This document shows positions 1-6,207 of a stretch of DNA of 6,870 nucleotides, piece by piece (position 1 is the stretch's first letter; the number at the start of each line of letters is the position of its first letter). The stretch comes from a virus. Taxonomy: Duplodnaviria > Heunggongvirae > Uroviricota > Caudoviricetes. The DNA is taken from positions 1 through 6,870 of IMG/VR virus record IMGVR_UViG_2681813268_000003; one strand, 5' to 3'. The translations under genes and the position numbers were made by a program. The notes beneath the pieces were generated by a model. It did not search any database and was not told the origin of the DNA. It saw only the letters and a program-made list of their open reading frames with translations.

Positions 1-62
1 GGGTTACCCCCAAACGAATCGGAAAATCGATACTGGAAAAACTCTAACTCGGTGGCCAGTTT

Positions 63-565
63 TTGTTGACCACTTCAGTTACAAACGAGCGAGTAACAAA
101 AATACGCGAACTGAAACGAAAAGGTAACGCTGCCAGCGTTACACAAACGGATCAAAAAGCGTTACCAGAGGAAGAGGAAGAGGAAGAGGAAGAGGAAGAG
201 GAAGAGGAAGAGGAAGATCTAAATACTGATCTCCCCCTCGCCAAAAACGAGCGTCTAAAAAATTCGAGCCGGAGGCTATTGAGCTGCCCGATTGGTTGCC
301 GGAAACACTCTGGCATGAGTGGGTCCGGTTCAGACAGGCATTGCGAAAACCGATTCGAACGGAGCAGGGCGCTAACGGGGCGATACGGGAACTGGAAAAA
401 TTCCGTCAGCAGGGTTTTACACCTGAGCAGGTGATTCGACACAGCATCGCCAATGAATACCAGGGCCTGTTCGCGCCGAAAGGTGTTCGGCCTGAGACGT
501 TGCTCCGACAGGTTAACACCGTCTCGTTGCCGGACAGTGCGATCCCGCCAGGCTTCAGGGGGTAA
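63..565 (+). pseudogene. DnaT-like primosomal/replication protein, disrupted. The C-terminal domain (about 230..565, frame 2) is intact; the upstream part including the poly-Glu tract is in frame 3, and all three frames have stops before nt 127
   Basis: Frame-2 translation ends ...VNTVSLPDSAIPPGFRG, which matches my recollection of the E. coli DnaT C-terminus (...VNTVSEPDSQIPPGFRG). Gene sits immediately 5' of a DnaC-like gene (stop 563-565, next ATG 572), as in dnaT-dnaC. Frames 3 and 2 are joined by a 1-nt shift at the C5 run 233-237; adding one C gives a continuous ORF 63..565. Only TTG starts are available at 63/66. Confidence 0.5.
168..215 (+). repeat. (GAGGAA)x8 perfect hexanucleotide repeat encoding 16 consecutive Glu in frame 3
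   Basis: Direct reading of the sequence: 48 nt of uninterrupted GAG GAA codons. Confidence 0.95.
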
Positions 566-571
566 CGGACC

Positions 572-1318
572 ATGAAAAATATTGCGACAGGCGGCGTTCT
601 GGAACGCATCCGCCGACTGACCCCGCCACATGTAACCGCCCCATTCAGAACGGTAGCGGAGTGGCGCGAGTGGCAACTTGCTGAAGGCCAGAAACGTAGC
701 GAGGAGATCAACCGCCTGAATCGCCAGTTGCGGGTGGAAAAAATTCTGAATCGCTCAGGCATCCAGCCGTTGCACCGTAAATGCTCGTTTGCGAATTACC
801 AGGTGCAGAACGACGGCCAGCGATACGCGTTAAGCCAGGCGAAATCCATCGCCGATGAACTGATGACCGGGTGTACAAATTTTGCGTTCAGCGGAAAACC
901 TGGTACCGGGAAGAATCACTTAGCGGCAGCTATCGGGAATCGCCTGCTGAAAGACGGTCAGACAGTGATTGTGGTTACCGTGGCTGATGTTATGAGCGCC
1001 CTGCACGCCAGCTATGACGACGGGCAGTCAGGCGAAAAATTTTTGCGGGAGCTGTGCGAAGTGGATCTGCTGGTTCTTGATGAAATTGGCATTCAGCGCG
1101 AGACGAAAAACGAGCAGGTGGTGCTGCACCAGATTGTTGATCGCCGGACAGCGTCGATGCGCAGCGTGGGGATGCTGACAAACCTGAACTATGAGGTGAT
1201 GAAAACATTGCTCGGCGAGCGGGTGATGGATCGCATGGTCATGAACGGCGGGCGCTGGGTGAATTTTAACTGGGAGAGCTGGCGTCCGAATGTTAGCCAT
1301 TCGAGGGTTGTTAAGTAG
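572..1318 (+). CDS. DnaC-like replicative helicase loader (AAA+ ATPase)
   Basis: 248-aa ORF with Walker A FSGKPGTGKNHLAAAIG and Walker B DLLVLDEIG. Sequence closely resembles E. coli DnaC as I recall it (GKPGTGKNHLAAAI..., LLGERVMDRM...). Starts 7 nt after the DnaT-like stop. Confidence 0.9.
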   Translation: MKNIATGGVLERIRRLTPPHVTAPFRTVAEWREWQLAEGQKRSEEINRLNRQLRVEKILNRSGIQPLHRKCSFANYQVQNDGQRYALSQAKSIADELMTGCTNFAFSGKPGTGKNHLAAAIGNRLLKDGQTVIVVTVADVMSALHASYDDGQSGEKFLRELCEVDLLVLDEIGIQRETKNEQVVLHQIVDRRTASMRSVGMLTNLNYEVMKTLLGERVMDRMVMNGGRWVNFNWESWRPNVSHSRVVK

Positions 1319-1332
1319 TTTCAGGAGGATTT

Positions 1333-1755
1333 ATGGCGAAACCTTTTACTCCCGAACAGCGGGAAGAACTGAAGACGCGAATTGTGGAACTCGTGCATCA
1401 GGACGGTCGGGTCACGATTCGGCAGTTGTCAGATGAAACAGGTATCAGTCGTGCGTCTGTCGGTCGCTTATGCATAGAACTGGTCGCAAGTGGTGATGTA
1501 TATAATTCTGGCTACGGCTTATTCCCGTCTGAACAGGCTCGCAAGGACTGGCAAAGCGCCCGCAAAAAACTCTCGAGAGTAAAGGTGAGGAAACCGGTTG
1601 TTGTTGATCCGGACCTTATCTGGTCATTACCTGACGGAGAAATACGCCGCTACGACAGGCGCCTGAATATAATCTGTCGCGAGTGCCGGAAGAGCGAAGC
1701 TATGCAGCGTGTACTGGCTTTCTATCAGGGTAATTTTCAGGAGGCGATACTGTGA
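1333..1755 (+). CDS. Small putative DNA-binding protein with N-terminal winged-helix/HTH-like segment; function unknown
   Basis: 140-aa ORF with strong SD AGGAGG (1323-1328) before ATG 1333. N-terminus (...VTIRQLSDETGISRASVGRL...) looks like an HTH; basic C-terminus with CRECRK. No family confidently recognised. Confidence 0.7.
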   Translation: MAKPFTPEQREELKTRIVELVHQDGRVTIRQLSDETGISRASVGRLCIELVASGDVYNSGYGLFPSEQARKDWQSARKKLSRVKVRKPVVVDPDLIWSLPDGEIRRYDRRLNIICRECRKSEAMQRVLAFYQGNFQEAIL

Positions 1756-1812
1756 ATGAAATTAGCTATCAGGCTTCAATTACCGCTGGCATTCGCATCA
1801 AAGGAGAGGAGC

Positions 1813-2169
1813 ATGGAAATAAAACCAGAAGATGAGTTAAGCAATATTGTTTTATTTCCGGTAAAAGAGGATAACCCTCGTAATCAGGTTAATTTTCTTT
1901 ATGAGCCATCGGAAAGACCATATTGCCATCACGCCTCTGTACGGGTTGACGAAAAAGAGCGTCAGGTCCGCTGTAAAATCTGCGGTGCGGTTGTGGAGCC
2001 GTTTGACTGGATGCTCTCTGTGGCAAAAAGAGAAACCAGACTGGCAGATGATGTAAGGCTATTGCGCCAGGAGGAACAGGAAAGGCGGAGAAATATAGAA
2101 AAGCTGATACAGATTGAGCGTAACGCGAAAGCGCGGATACGCAGGGCGACAAAATCCAGAACTGAATAA
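1813..2169 (+). CDS. Zinc-ribbon-like protein with C-terminal basic coiled-coil; function unknown. Alternative start at ATG 1756
   Basis: ORF 1756..2169; internal ATG 1813 has a strong SD (AAGGAGAGGAG 1801-1811). Cys/His motif YCHH...CKICG followed by a charged helical tail (RLADDVRLLRQEEQERRRNIEKLIQIERNAKARIRR). Confidence 0.65.
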   Translation: MEIKPEDELSNIVLFPVKEDNPRNQVNFLYEPSERPYCHHASVRVDEKERQVRCKICGAVVEPFDWMLSVAKRETRLADDVRLLRQEEQERRRNIEKLIQIERNAKARIRRATKSRTE

Positions 2170-2255
2170 TTAAATTTAGCACTGTTAAAAATTTAATCCT
2201 TAACCGGAGGGATTTCTGCACCCTCAAATCATCAGGAGACCACCCGAAAGGGCGG
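1942..2255 (+). repeat. Copy A of a 314-bp near-exact direct repeat (zinc-ribbon gene 3' half plus downstream intergenic); partner at 4185..4498
   Basis: Base-by-base comparison: identical except 2242 a vs 4485 g. A further 13 bp (1928-1940) match 4166-4178 just before the N gap. Confidence 0.95.
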
Positions 2256-2316
2256 GGAGCAGTCACACATCTGTTTCCGATAGCCCCGTTCTAATGCTAC
2301 ACTCTTTGATATTTTT

Positions 2317-3003
2317 ATGACCCCAATAAACATATTTATGACAGTTGCTGATTTCAAACGGCCCAAATTGGAGCTCCCAAACGGGGCAAACAAACTACTA
2401 CTGCACTCTTGCTGTGCTCCATGTTCCGGTGAGGTGATGGAGGCGCTTCAGGCCTCGGGAATCGACTACACCATCTTTTTCTACAACCCGAACATTCATC
2501 CTCAGAAAGAGTATTTAATTCGTAAGGATGAGAATATTCGCTTTGCTGAACAACACGGCGTGCCGTTTATTGATGCTGATTACGACACAGACAACTGGTT
2601 TGAACGAGCCAAAGGAATGGAATGGGAGCCCGAACGAGGGATCCGTTGCACCATGTGTTTTGACATGCGTTTTGAGCGGACAGCGCTGTACGCCGCTGAA
2701 AATGGTTTCAGTGTGATCAGCAGTTCACTGGGCATTTCACGCTGGAAAAATATGCAGCAGGTTAACGACTGTGGGCGGCGAGCCGTCGCGCATTATCCGG
2801 GCATGGTGTACTGGGATTATAACTGGCGCAAGCAGGGCGGCTCGTCCCGTATGATTGAAATCAGCAAGCGCGAAAAATTCTATCAGCAGGAATATTGTGG
2901 CTGTGTGTATTCTCTGCGCGATACCAATCTACACCGCAAATCTCAGGGACGCCCTCTTATCAAAATTGGTCAACTCCACTACGGTAAAGAAGAGAAGGAG
3001 TGA
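2317..3003 (+). CDS. queH: QueH-like protein (DUF208 family, putative B12-independent epoxyqueuosine reductase)
   Basis: 228-aa ORF with N-proximal [11 protein letters not shown] motif and additional conserved Cys (CTMCFD, EYCGCVY), which I recognise as DUF208/QueH hallmarks. No obvious SD; alternative start ATG 2338. Confidence 0.7.
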   Translation: MTPINIFMTVADFKRPKLELPNGANKLLLHSCCAPCSGEVMEALQASGIDYTIFFYNPNIHPQKEYLIRKDENIRFAEQHGVPFIDADYDTDNWFERAKGMEWEPERGIRCTMCFDMRFERTALYAAENGFSVISSSLGISRWKNMQQVNDCGRRAVAHYPGMVYWDYNWRKQGGSSRMIEISKREKFYQQEYCGCVYSLRDTNLHRKSQGRPLIKIGQLHYGKEEKE

Positions 3004-3024
3004 TTTTATGGGGCACCTTTCTGA

Positions 3025-3054
3025 TTGATTTCATATTGGCGAGGTAAGTAGAAT
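3025..3054 (+). promoter_or_regulatory. Putative sigma70 promoter of hok/mok mRNA copy 1 (TTGATT -18- TAGAAT)
   Basis: -35-like TTGATT 3025-3030 and -10-like TAGAAT 3049-3054; predicted start near 3060, just before the tac-like element. Confidence 0.4.
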
Positions 3055-3057
3055 GAC

Positions 3058-3072
3058 TGCGGGTGCTTGAGG
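3058..3072 (+). promoter_or_regulatory. tac-like 5' element of hok mRNA copy 1 (TGCGGGTGCTTGAGG), complementary to the fbi-like 3' element at 3443..3458
   Basis: 15 bp pair with 3443-3458 (CCTCAACGCACCCGCA) with one bulged C. Same 5'/3' fold-back architecture as described for plasmid R1 hok mRNA. Copy 2 equivalents at 6400-6414 and 6779-6794. Confidence 0.55.
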
Positions 3073-3104
3073 CTATCTGCTTCAGGCATGAACACCAAAA
3101 GGCA

Positions 3105-3182
3105 GATAGAGAAAAGCCCCAGTTAACATTACGCGTCCGGCAAGACGCTTAACATTAATCTGAGGCCAATTTCATGCTTTGC
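3105..3182 (-). ncRNA. Putative Sok-like antisense RNA of hok locus 1 (extent approximate)
   Basis: Inferred by analogy to hok/sok. Minus strand has -35-like TTGCCT (complement of 3212-3217) and weak -10-like TAACCT (complement of 3189-3194) with 17-nt spacing, pointing transcription antisense across the mok start (3174). 3' end not defined. Confidence 0.25.
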
Positions 3183-3386
3183 ACATGTAGGTTAGCCTCT
3201 TACATGCCGAAAGGCAAGGAGAAGCAGGCTATGAAGCAGCAAAAGGCGATGTTAATCGCCCTGATCGTCATCTGTTTAACCGTCATAGTGACGGCACTGG
3301 TAACGAGGAAAGACCTCTGTGAGGTACGAATCCGAACCGGCCAGACGGAGGTCGCTGTCTTCGTAGACTACGAATCCAGGAAGTAA
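3174..3386 (+). CDS. mok: Mok-like regulatory ORF, in frame with and containing hok (70 aa)
   Basis: ATG 3174, same frame as hok. Same in-frame arrangement as I recall for E. coli MokC/HokC. Confidence 0.5.
   Translation: MLCTCRLASYMPKGKEKQAMKQQKAMLIALIVICLTVIVTALVTRKDLCEVRIRTGQTEVAVFVDYESRK
3231..3386 (+). CDS. hok: Hok/Gef-family type I toxin (51 aa, single TM helix)
   Basis: MKQQKAMLIALIVICLTVIVTALVTRKDLCEVRIRTGQTEVAVFVDYESRK is near-identical to recalled HokD/HokC sequences. SD AAGGAG 3215-3220 before ATG 3231. Confidence 0.9.
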   Translation: MKQQKAMLIALIVICLTVIVTALVTRKDLCEVRIRTGQTEVAVFVDYESRK

Positions 3387-3463
3387 GAGTGACCGGGCGG
3401 GGAGCTGATCCCATCCCCGCCCACCTCTGATGTGTCAGGCATCCTCAACGCACCCGCACTTAA

Positions 3464-3506
3464 CCCGCCCATCGCTGTGATCTCTCAGCGTTTCGGCGGG
3501 TTTTTT
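3464..3506 (+). terminator. Rho-independent terminator / 3' end of hok mRNA copy 1
   Basis: Two-tier hairpin: CCCGCC 3464-3469 pairs GGCGGG 3495-3500; inner CGCTG 3473-3477 pairs CAGCG 3486-3490; followed by T6 3501-3506. Confidence 0.7.
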
Positions 3507-3526
3507 GTTGTTTATTTCCGGTGAAT

Positions 3527-3554
3527 TTGATTCGCGCACCTTCGCAGATAGAAT
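3527..3554 (+). promoter_or_regulatory. Putative sigma70 promoter (TTGATT -16- TAGAAT) upstream of the 95-aa ORF
   Basis: TTGATT 3527-3532 and TAGAAT 3549-3554, located just after the hok1 terminator. Confidence 0.4.
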
Positions 3555-3635
3555 CGACTCACTTAAGTAGCGCGCAGGGAGAAGAGGGATGGACCCCGAA
3601 CAGGGGAGAGCTATTTATCTGGAAGGATTCTGAAG

Positions 3636-3923
3636 ATGAAAATCGAAGAATTGCGTGAAATTTTTAGTGAAAATGGCCTCTATGCTGTGCGCGTTGAGAA
3701 TGGAGCGATTGTCAGCCATTGCCGCATTAGATGTTTGCAATCTCAACAAAGGAAGAGCGGTGCTGTGTTATTTTATTTTTGTAATGGACTTCTGACGGAC
3801 GGTTTTATTTTGCGTGAGGACGAATTTGTCACATCATTACGGGTTTTGAAAGAGATTGGTTTTAAGGCTGGTTTTCTGCTTTTGCTGAAGAATAAACTCA
3901 TCTACAATCTTGAGCAGGATTGA
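3636..3923 (+). CDS. Hypothetical protein (95 aa)
   Basis: ORF with SD GGAAGGA 3621-3627, 8 nt before ATG 3636. No recognised motif. Confidence 0.55.
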   Translation: MKIEELREIFSENGLYAVRVENGAIVSHCRIRCLQSQQRKSGAVLFYFCNGLLTDGFILREDEFVTSLRVLKEIGFKAGFLLLLKNKLIYNLEQD

Positions 3924-3961
3924 ACTCCTGCTGTGTAACACCGTGCCACCGGAGAAAGCCG

Positions 3962-4178
3962 ATGGCACATATACAACTGGTCAAACAAACCTCTTCCGGA
4001 TTACTTCTCCCGGCGACGCCGGAGAGTTGCGATTTTCTGCATCAAATCAAAATAGGTGAGTGGATACACGCAGACTTTAAGCGTGTGTGTAACTACGCAT
4101 TCCACAAGCGTTTTTTCAAACTCCTGCAACTGGGTTTCGATTACTGGACTCCGGTCGGTGGGGCGATCACGCCTCTGT
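3962..4178 (+). CDS. Phage nin-region protein, 3'-truncated at the N gap (possibly DUF1367-like, tentative)
   Basis: ATG 3962 preceded by GGAGA 3951-3955. Translation MAHIQLVKQTSSGLLLPATPESCDFLHQIKIGEWIHADFKRVCNYAFHKRFFKLLQLGFDYWTPVGG... runs into the N run at 4179. Family assignment is from memory only. Confidence 0.5.
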
Positions 4179-4184
4179 NNNNNN
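4179..4184. other. Run of 6 N: assembly/scaffold gap of unknown true length
   Basis: Literal nnnnnn in the sequence; flanks correspond to positions 1940 and 1942 of the upstream repeat copy. Confidence 0.95.
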
Positions 4185-4412
4185 CGGGTTGACGAAAAAG
4201 AGCGTCAGGTCCGCTGTAAAATCTGCGGTGCGGTTGTGGAGCCGTTTGACTGGATGCTCTCTGTGGCAAAAAGAGAAACCAGACTGGCAGATGATGTAAG
4301 GCTATTGCGCCAGGAGGAACAGGAAAGGCGGAGAAATATAGAAAAGCTGATACAGATTGAGCGTAACGCGAAAGCGCGGATACGCAGGGCGACAAAATCC
4401 AGAACTGAATAA
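4185..4412 (+). CDS. 5'-truncated second copy of the zinc-ribbon/coiled-coil protein (3' 228 nt identical to 1942..2169)
   Basis: Frame-3 translation from the gap edge (RVDEKERQVRCKICGAVVEPFDWML...ATKSRTE) is identical to the C-terminus of the 1813..2169 product. Confidence 0.5.
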   Translation, partial: RVDEKERQVRCKICGAVVEPFDWMLSVAKRETRLADDVRLLRQEEQERRRNIEKLIQIERNAKARIRRATKSRTE

Positions 4413-4498
4413 TTAAATTTAGCACTGTTAAAAATTTAATCCTTAACCGGAGGGATTTCTGCACCCTCAAATCATCAGGAGACCGCCCGAAAGGGCGG
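4185..4498 (+). repeat. Copy B of the 314-bp direct repeat (partner 1942..2255)
   Basis: See copy A. Ends in a GAAA-loop hairpin (4482-4499) that is perfect here but mismatched in copy A. Confidence 0.95.
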
Positions 4499-4504
4499 TA
4501 ATGA

Positions 4505-4723
4505 ATGGTTACATTATTTAGAAAAAAATATCCGCGAAAGAGTAGAACAACAGAATTCCTGTTTCTCATTCTGTTTATCGTGTTGATGACACCGATATCC
4601 CCGCTAATTTTTGTCTGGATAATCGGAAAAATAATTGAGCCAGTTATTGAATTGTATAACGACGTGGTATGGGCGTCATTCAACACACTGCACAATAAAA
4701 TTAATCCGTATAAGGAAAGCTGA
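4505..4723 (+). CDS. Small hydrophobic (membrane) protein, 72 aa, AT-rich
   Basis: ORF with hydrophobic core FLFLILFIVLMTPISPLIFVWIIGKII. Stop 4721-4723 is 1 nt before the HNH start 4725. Markedly AT-rich compared with its neighbours. Weak SD. Confidence 0.4.
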   Translation: MVTLFRKKYPRKSRTTEFLFLILFIVLMTPISPLIFVWIIGKIIEPVIELYNDVVWASFNTLHNKINPYKES

Positions 4724-4724
4724 T

Positions 4725-5090
4725 ATGGCACTGACGAAAAAACAACGTGCAGAACTGCGCATGAAGTTCGGTGGTCGCTGCGCTTATTGCGGCTGCGAAC
4801 TTGGCGAAAAGTGGCATGCAGACCATGTAAAACCGGTCATTCGTTTTGATGGAAATATGCTTCACCAGGAACGTGACGATATATCCAACATGGTACCAGC
4901 ATGCCACCCATGCAATCTGCACAAGCATTGCAGTAGCCTGGAAGATTATCGACGAATTATCAGTGATGGTCGTCGTGAATTCCTTGCGTCCGGGAAAGGC
5001 AAAGCGCTGGTTCGTATGGGATTGGTTGAAATGAAATCTGACCCGGTTGTGTTCTGGTTTGAAAAATATCAAGAAGGGGCTACGGCATGA
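4725..5090 (+). CDS. HNH endonuclease-domain protein (121 aa)
   Basis: SD TAAGGAAAG before ATG 4725. HNH signature CAYCGCEL...WHADHVKPV...NMVPACHPCNLHKH. The tool ORF from 4635 has no RBS support. Confidence 0.85.
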   Translation: MALTKKQRAELRMKFGGRCAYCGCELGEKWHADHVKPVIRFDGNMLHQERDDISNMVPACHPCNLHKHCSSLEDYRRIISDGRREFLASGKGKALVRMGLVEMKSDPVVFWFEKYQEGATA

Positions 5091-5752
5091 CCACTATTAC
5101 CAAAGAGCGACTGCAATGGCTGGCTAACATTTCTGGCCGCGATGATATTGACGATATAGACGGCGGTGAAATTCGTGAACTGGCGCTTATCGCTCTGGCA
5201 TCACTGGAAGCAGAGCCTGTAGCGGAATGCATTGTTGAAGATGGGGGCATGTGTATTGACGGGTTCGGTGAGTATGTGGGTCACTCGCTGCCTGATGGAA
5301 TGCATGAGCTTTATGCTGCCCCGCGAATGCGACAACCTGATGGATGGAAAGCCGTAGCTGTAGCGTGGAAGGTGACGTTTACTCAAGTTGACCAGGAATC
5401 TAATACGTTCACTGCTATATATTTTGACAAAGCGGAAGTTGAGTGTTGGGTACGACTGCATAAAGCATGTGATTTTCGGGCAGATATAACACCGCTTTAC
5501 GCAGCGCCGGCAGTGCCGGTTGCAGTAAACGACGACATGGCTTACGCATTCCATCACGCACTGTCAGATTCATCGCTTGGCTCTGATGAAATCGAAGAAA
5601 TTAAAACCGGTTTGCGTGCTGCCTTTGCCAACGTCACTATCCAACCAGAGCCGATAGTGCCGGATGAAATCGGGCCAAACGATAGTAATACGTTTGATTA
5701 TGTTGATGGCTGGAACGCCTGCCGCGCTGCCATGCTTAAGGGAGATAAATAA
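5087..5752 (+). CDS. Hypothetical protein (221 aa), acidic N-terminus, two LYAAP-containing segments
   Basis: ATG 5087 overlaps HNH stop (ATGA 5087-5090). Coding-like composition. No recognised family. Confidence 0.7.
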   Translation: MTTITKERLQWLANISGRDDIDDIDGGEIRELALIALASLEAEPVAECIVEDGGMCIDGFGEYVGHSLPDGMHELYAAPRMRQPDGWKAVAVAWKVTFTQVDQESNTFTAIYFDKAEVECWVRLHKACDFRADITPLYAAPAVPVAVNDDMAYAFHHALSDSSLGSDEIEEIKTGLRAAFANVTIQPEPIVPDEIGPNDSNTFDYVDGWNACRAAMLKGDK

Positions 5753-6117
5753 TGATTAATCGAACCAAACTGGAGCACATTCTCGAATATGCCAGGCAGC
5801 AGAAATGTATTGGGCAACTTTGTAAAATTCCACCAGGAGATATGGTTGAAATCGTGGAAATGGCCATGCGTAAGGCTGGCAACTCTCCGGTAGCTCCGGC
5901 TGGCTGGATAAGCTGTAGTGATGCAGTTCCTGCTGAATATTGCGATGTGATTCTTCTCGATGATCTCGGGAATGTATTCCCCGGTTCCTGGGATAAGGTT
6001 TTTTGCCCCACTCGTGGCGGGAATAAGATGGCTTTTGTGGACAAAGACGGCGTTGAAGTAGAGAGCTCAACTCACTGGATGCCGCTACCGGAACCACCGC
6101 AGGAGGTGAATCAATGA
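5752..6117 (+). CDS. DUF551-like phage protein (121 aa)
   Basis: ATG 5752 overlaps previous stop (TAATG). C-terminal ...THWMPLPEPPQE and WISCSDAVPAEY... resemble the DUF551 pattern found in lambdoid nin regions (from memory). Confidence 0.7.
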   Translation: MINRTKLEHILEYARQQKCIGQLCKIPPGDMVEIVEMAMRKAGNSPVAPAGWISCSDAVPAEYCDVILLDDLGNVFPGSWDKVFCPTRGGNKMAFVDKDGVEVESSTHWMPLPEPPQEVNQ

Positions 6118-6197
6118 CCTGGCCTGAGGCATTCACCACGGTAGGAATTGCGATGGCGGTGGCGCTGGTGGTGTATTCGATTTGCCGTTGGGGTTAA
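6114..6197 (+). CDS. Putative 27-aa hydrophobic micropeptide (MTWPEAFTTVGIAMAVALVVYSICRWG)
   Basis: Below the ORF-track length cutoff. ATG 6114 overlaps DUF551 stop (ATGA), strong SD AGGAGG 6101-6106 at 7-nt spacing, stops 7 nt before a strong terminator. Confidence 0.4.
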   Translation: MTWPEAFTTVGIAMAVALVVYSICRWG

Positions 6198-6207
6198 CAA
6201 ACAAAAA

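Noticed and set aside
168-215. GAGGAA tandem repeat or the two hok cassettes as a CRISPR array
   Set aside because: The hexamer repeat has no spacers and is coding; the hok cassettes are about 450-bp gene-containing paralogs, not short repeat-spacer units.
152-676. 174-aa minus-strand ORF with a poly-Ser run
   Set aside because: It is the antisense reading of the GAGGAA repeat and overlaps the DnaT-like and DnaC-like genes; no independent support.
406-762. 118-aa minus-strand ORF
   Set aside because: Antisense to the DnaT-like / DnaC-like junction; no RBS; Arg/Ser-rich low-complexity translation.
990-1300. Two minus-strand ORFs (990..1208, 1028..1300) inside the DnaC-like gene
   Set aside because: Wholly antisense to a confidently identified gene.
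1889-2266. 125-aa minus-strand ORF
   Set aside because: Antisense to the zinc-ribbon gene; its translation recurs in the 4141..4731 minus ORF only because the DNA is repeated.
2528-2716. 62-aa + strand ORF in an alternative frame inside the QueH-like gene
   Set aside because: Nested in a better-supported gene; no start signals.
4056-4412. Tool ORF joining sequence before and after the N gap into one 118-aa protein
   Set aside because: The reading frame across the gap is meaningless; only the part after 4185 is supported.
4482-4499. GC hairpin with GAAA loop (ACCGCCC GAAA GGGCGGT) as a terminator
   Set aside because: No U tract follows, so not a canonical intrinsic terminator; possibly an RNA stability element. 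The copy at 2240-2255 carries a stem mismatch.
4635-4724. N-terminal extension of the HNH ORF from ATG 4635
   Set aside because: Overlaps the small membrane protein ORF and lacks an RBS; ATG 4725 has a good SD.
4141-4731. 196-aa minus-strand ORF spanning the N gap
   Set aside because: Reads through the N run (X residues) and is antisense to the repeat and the small membrane protein gene; artefact.
4701-5072. Minus-strand 123-aa ORF and + strand 62-aa ORF (4846..5034) within the HNH gene
   Set aside because: Overlap the HNH coding frame; the HNH motif gives the true frame.
5201-6139. Minus-strand ORFs 5201..5557, 5736..6044, 5756..6139
   Set aside because: Antisense to the tightly coupled + strand operon; no RBS or motifs.
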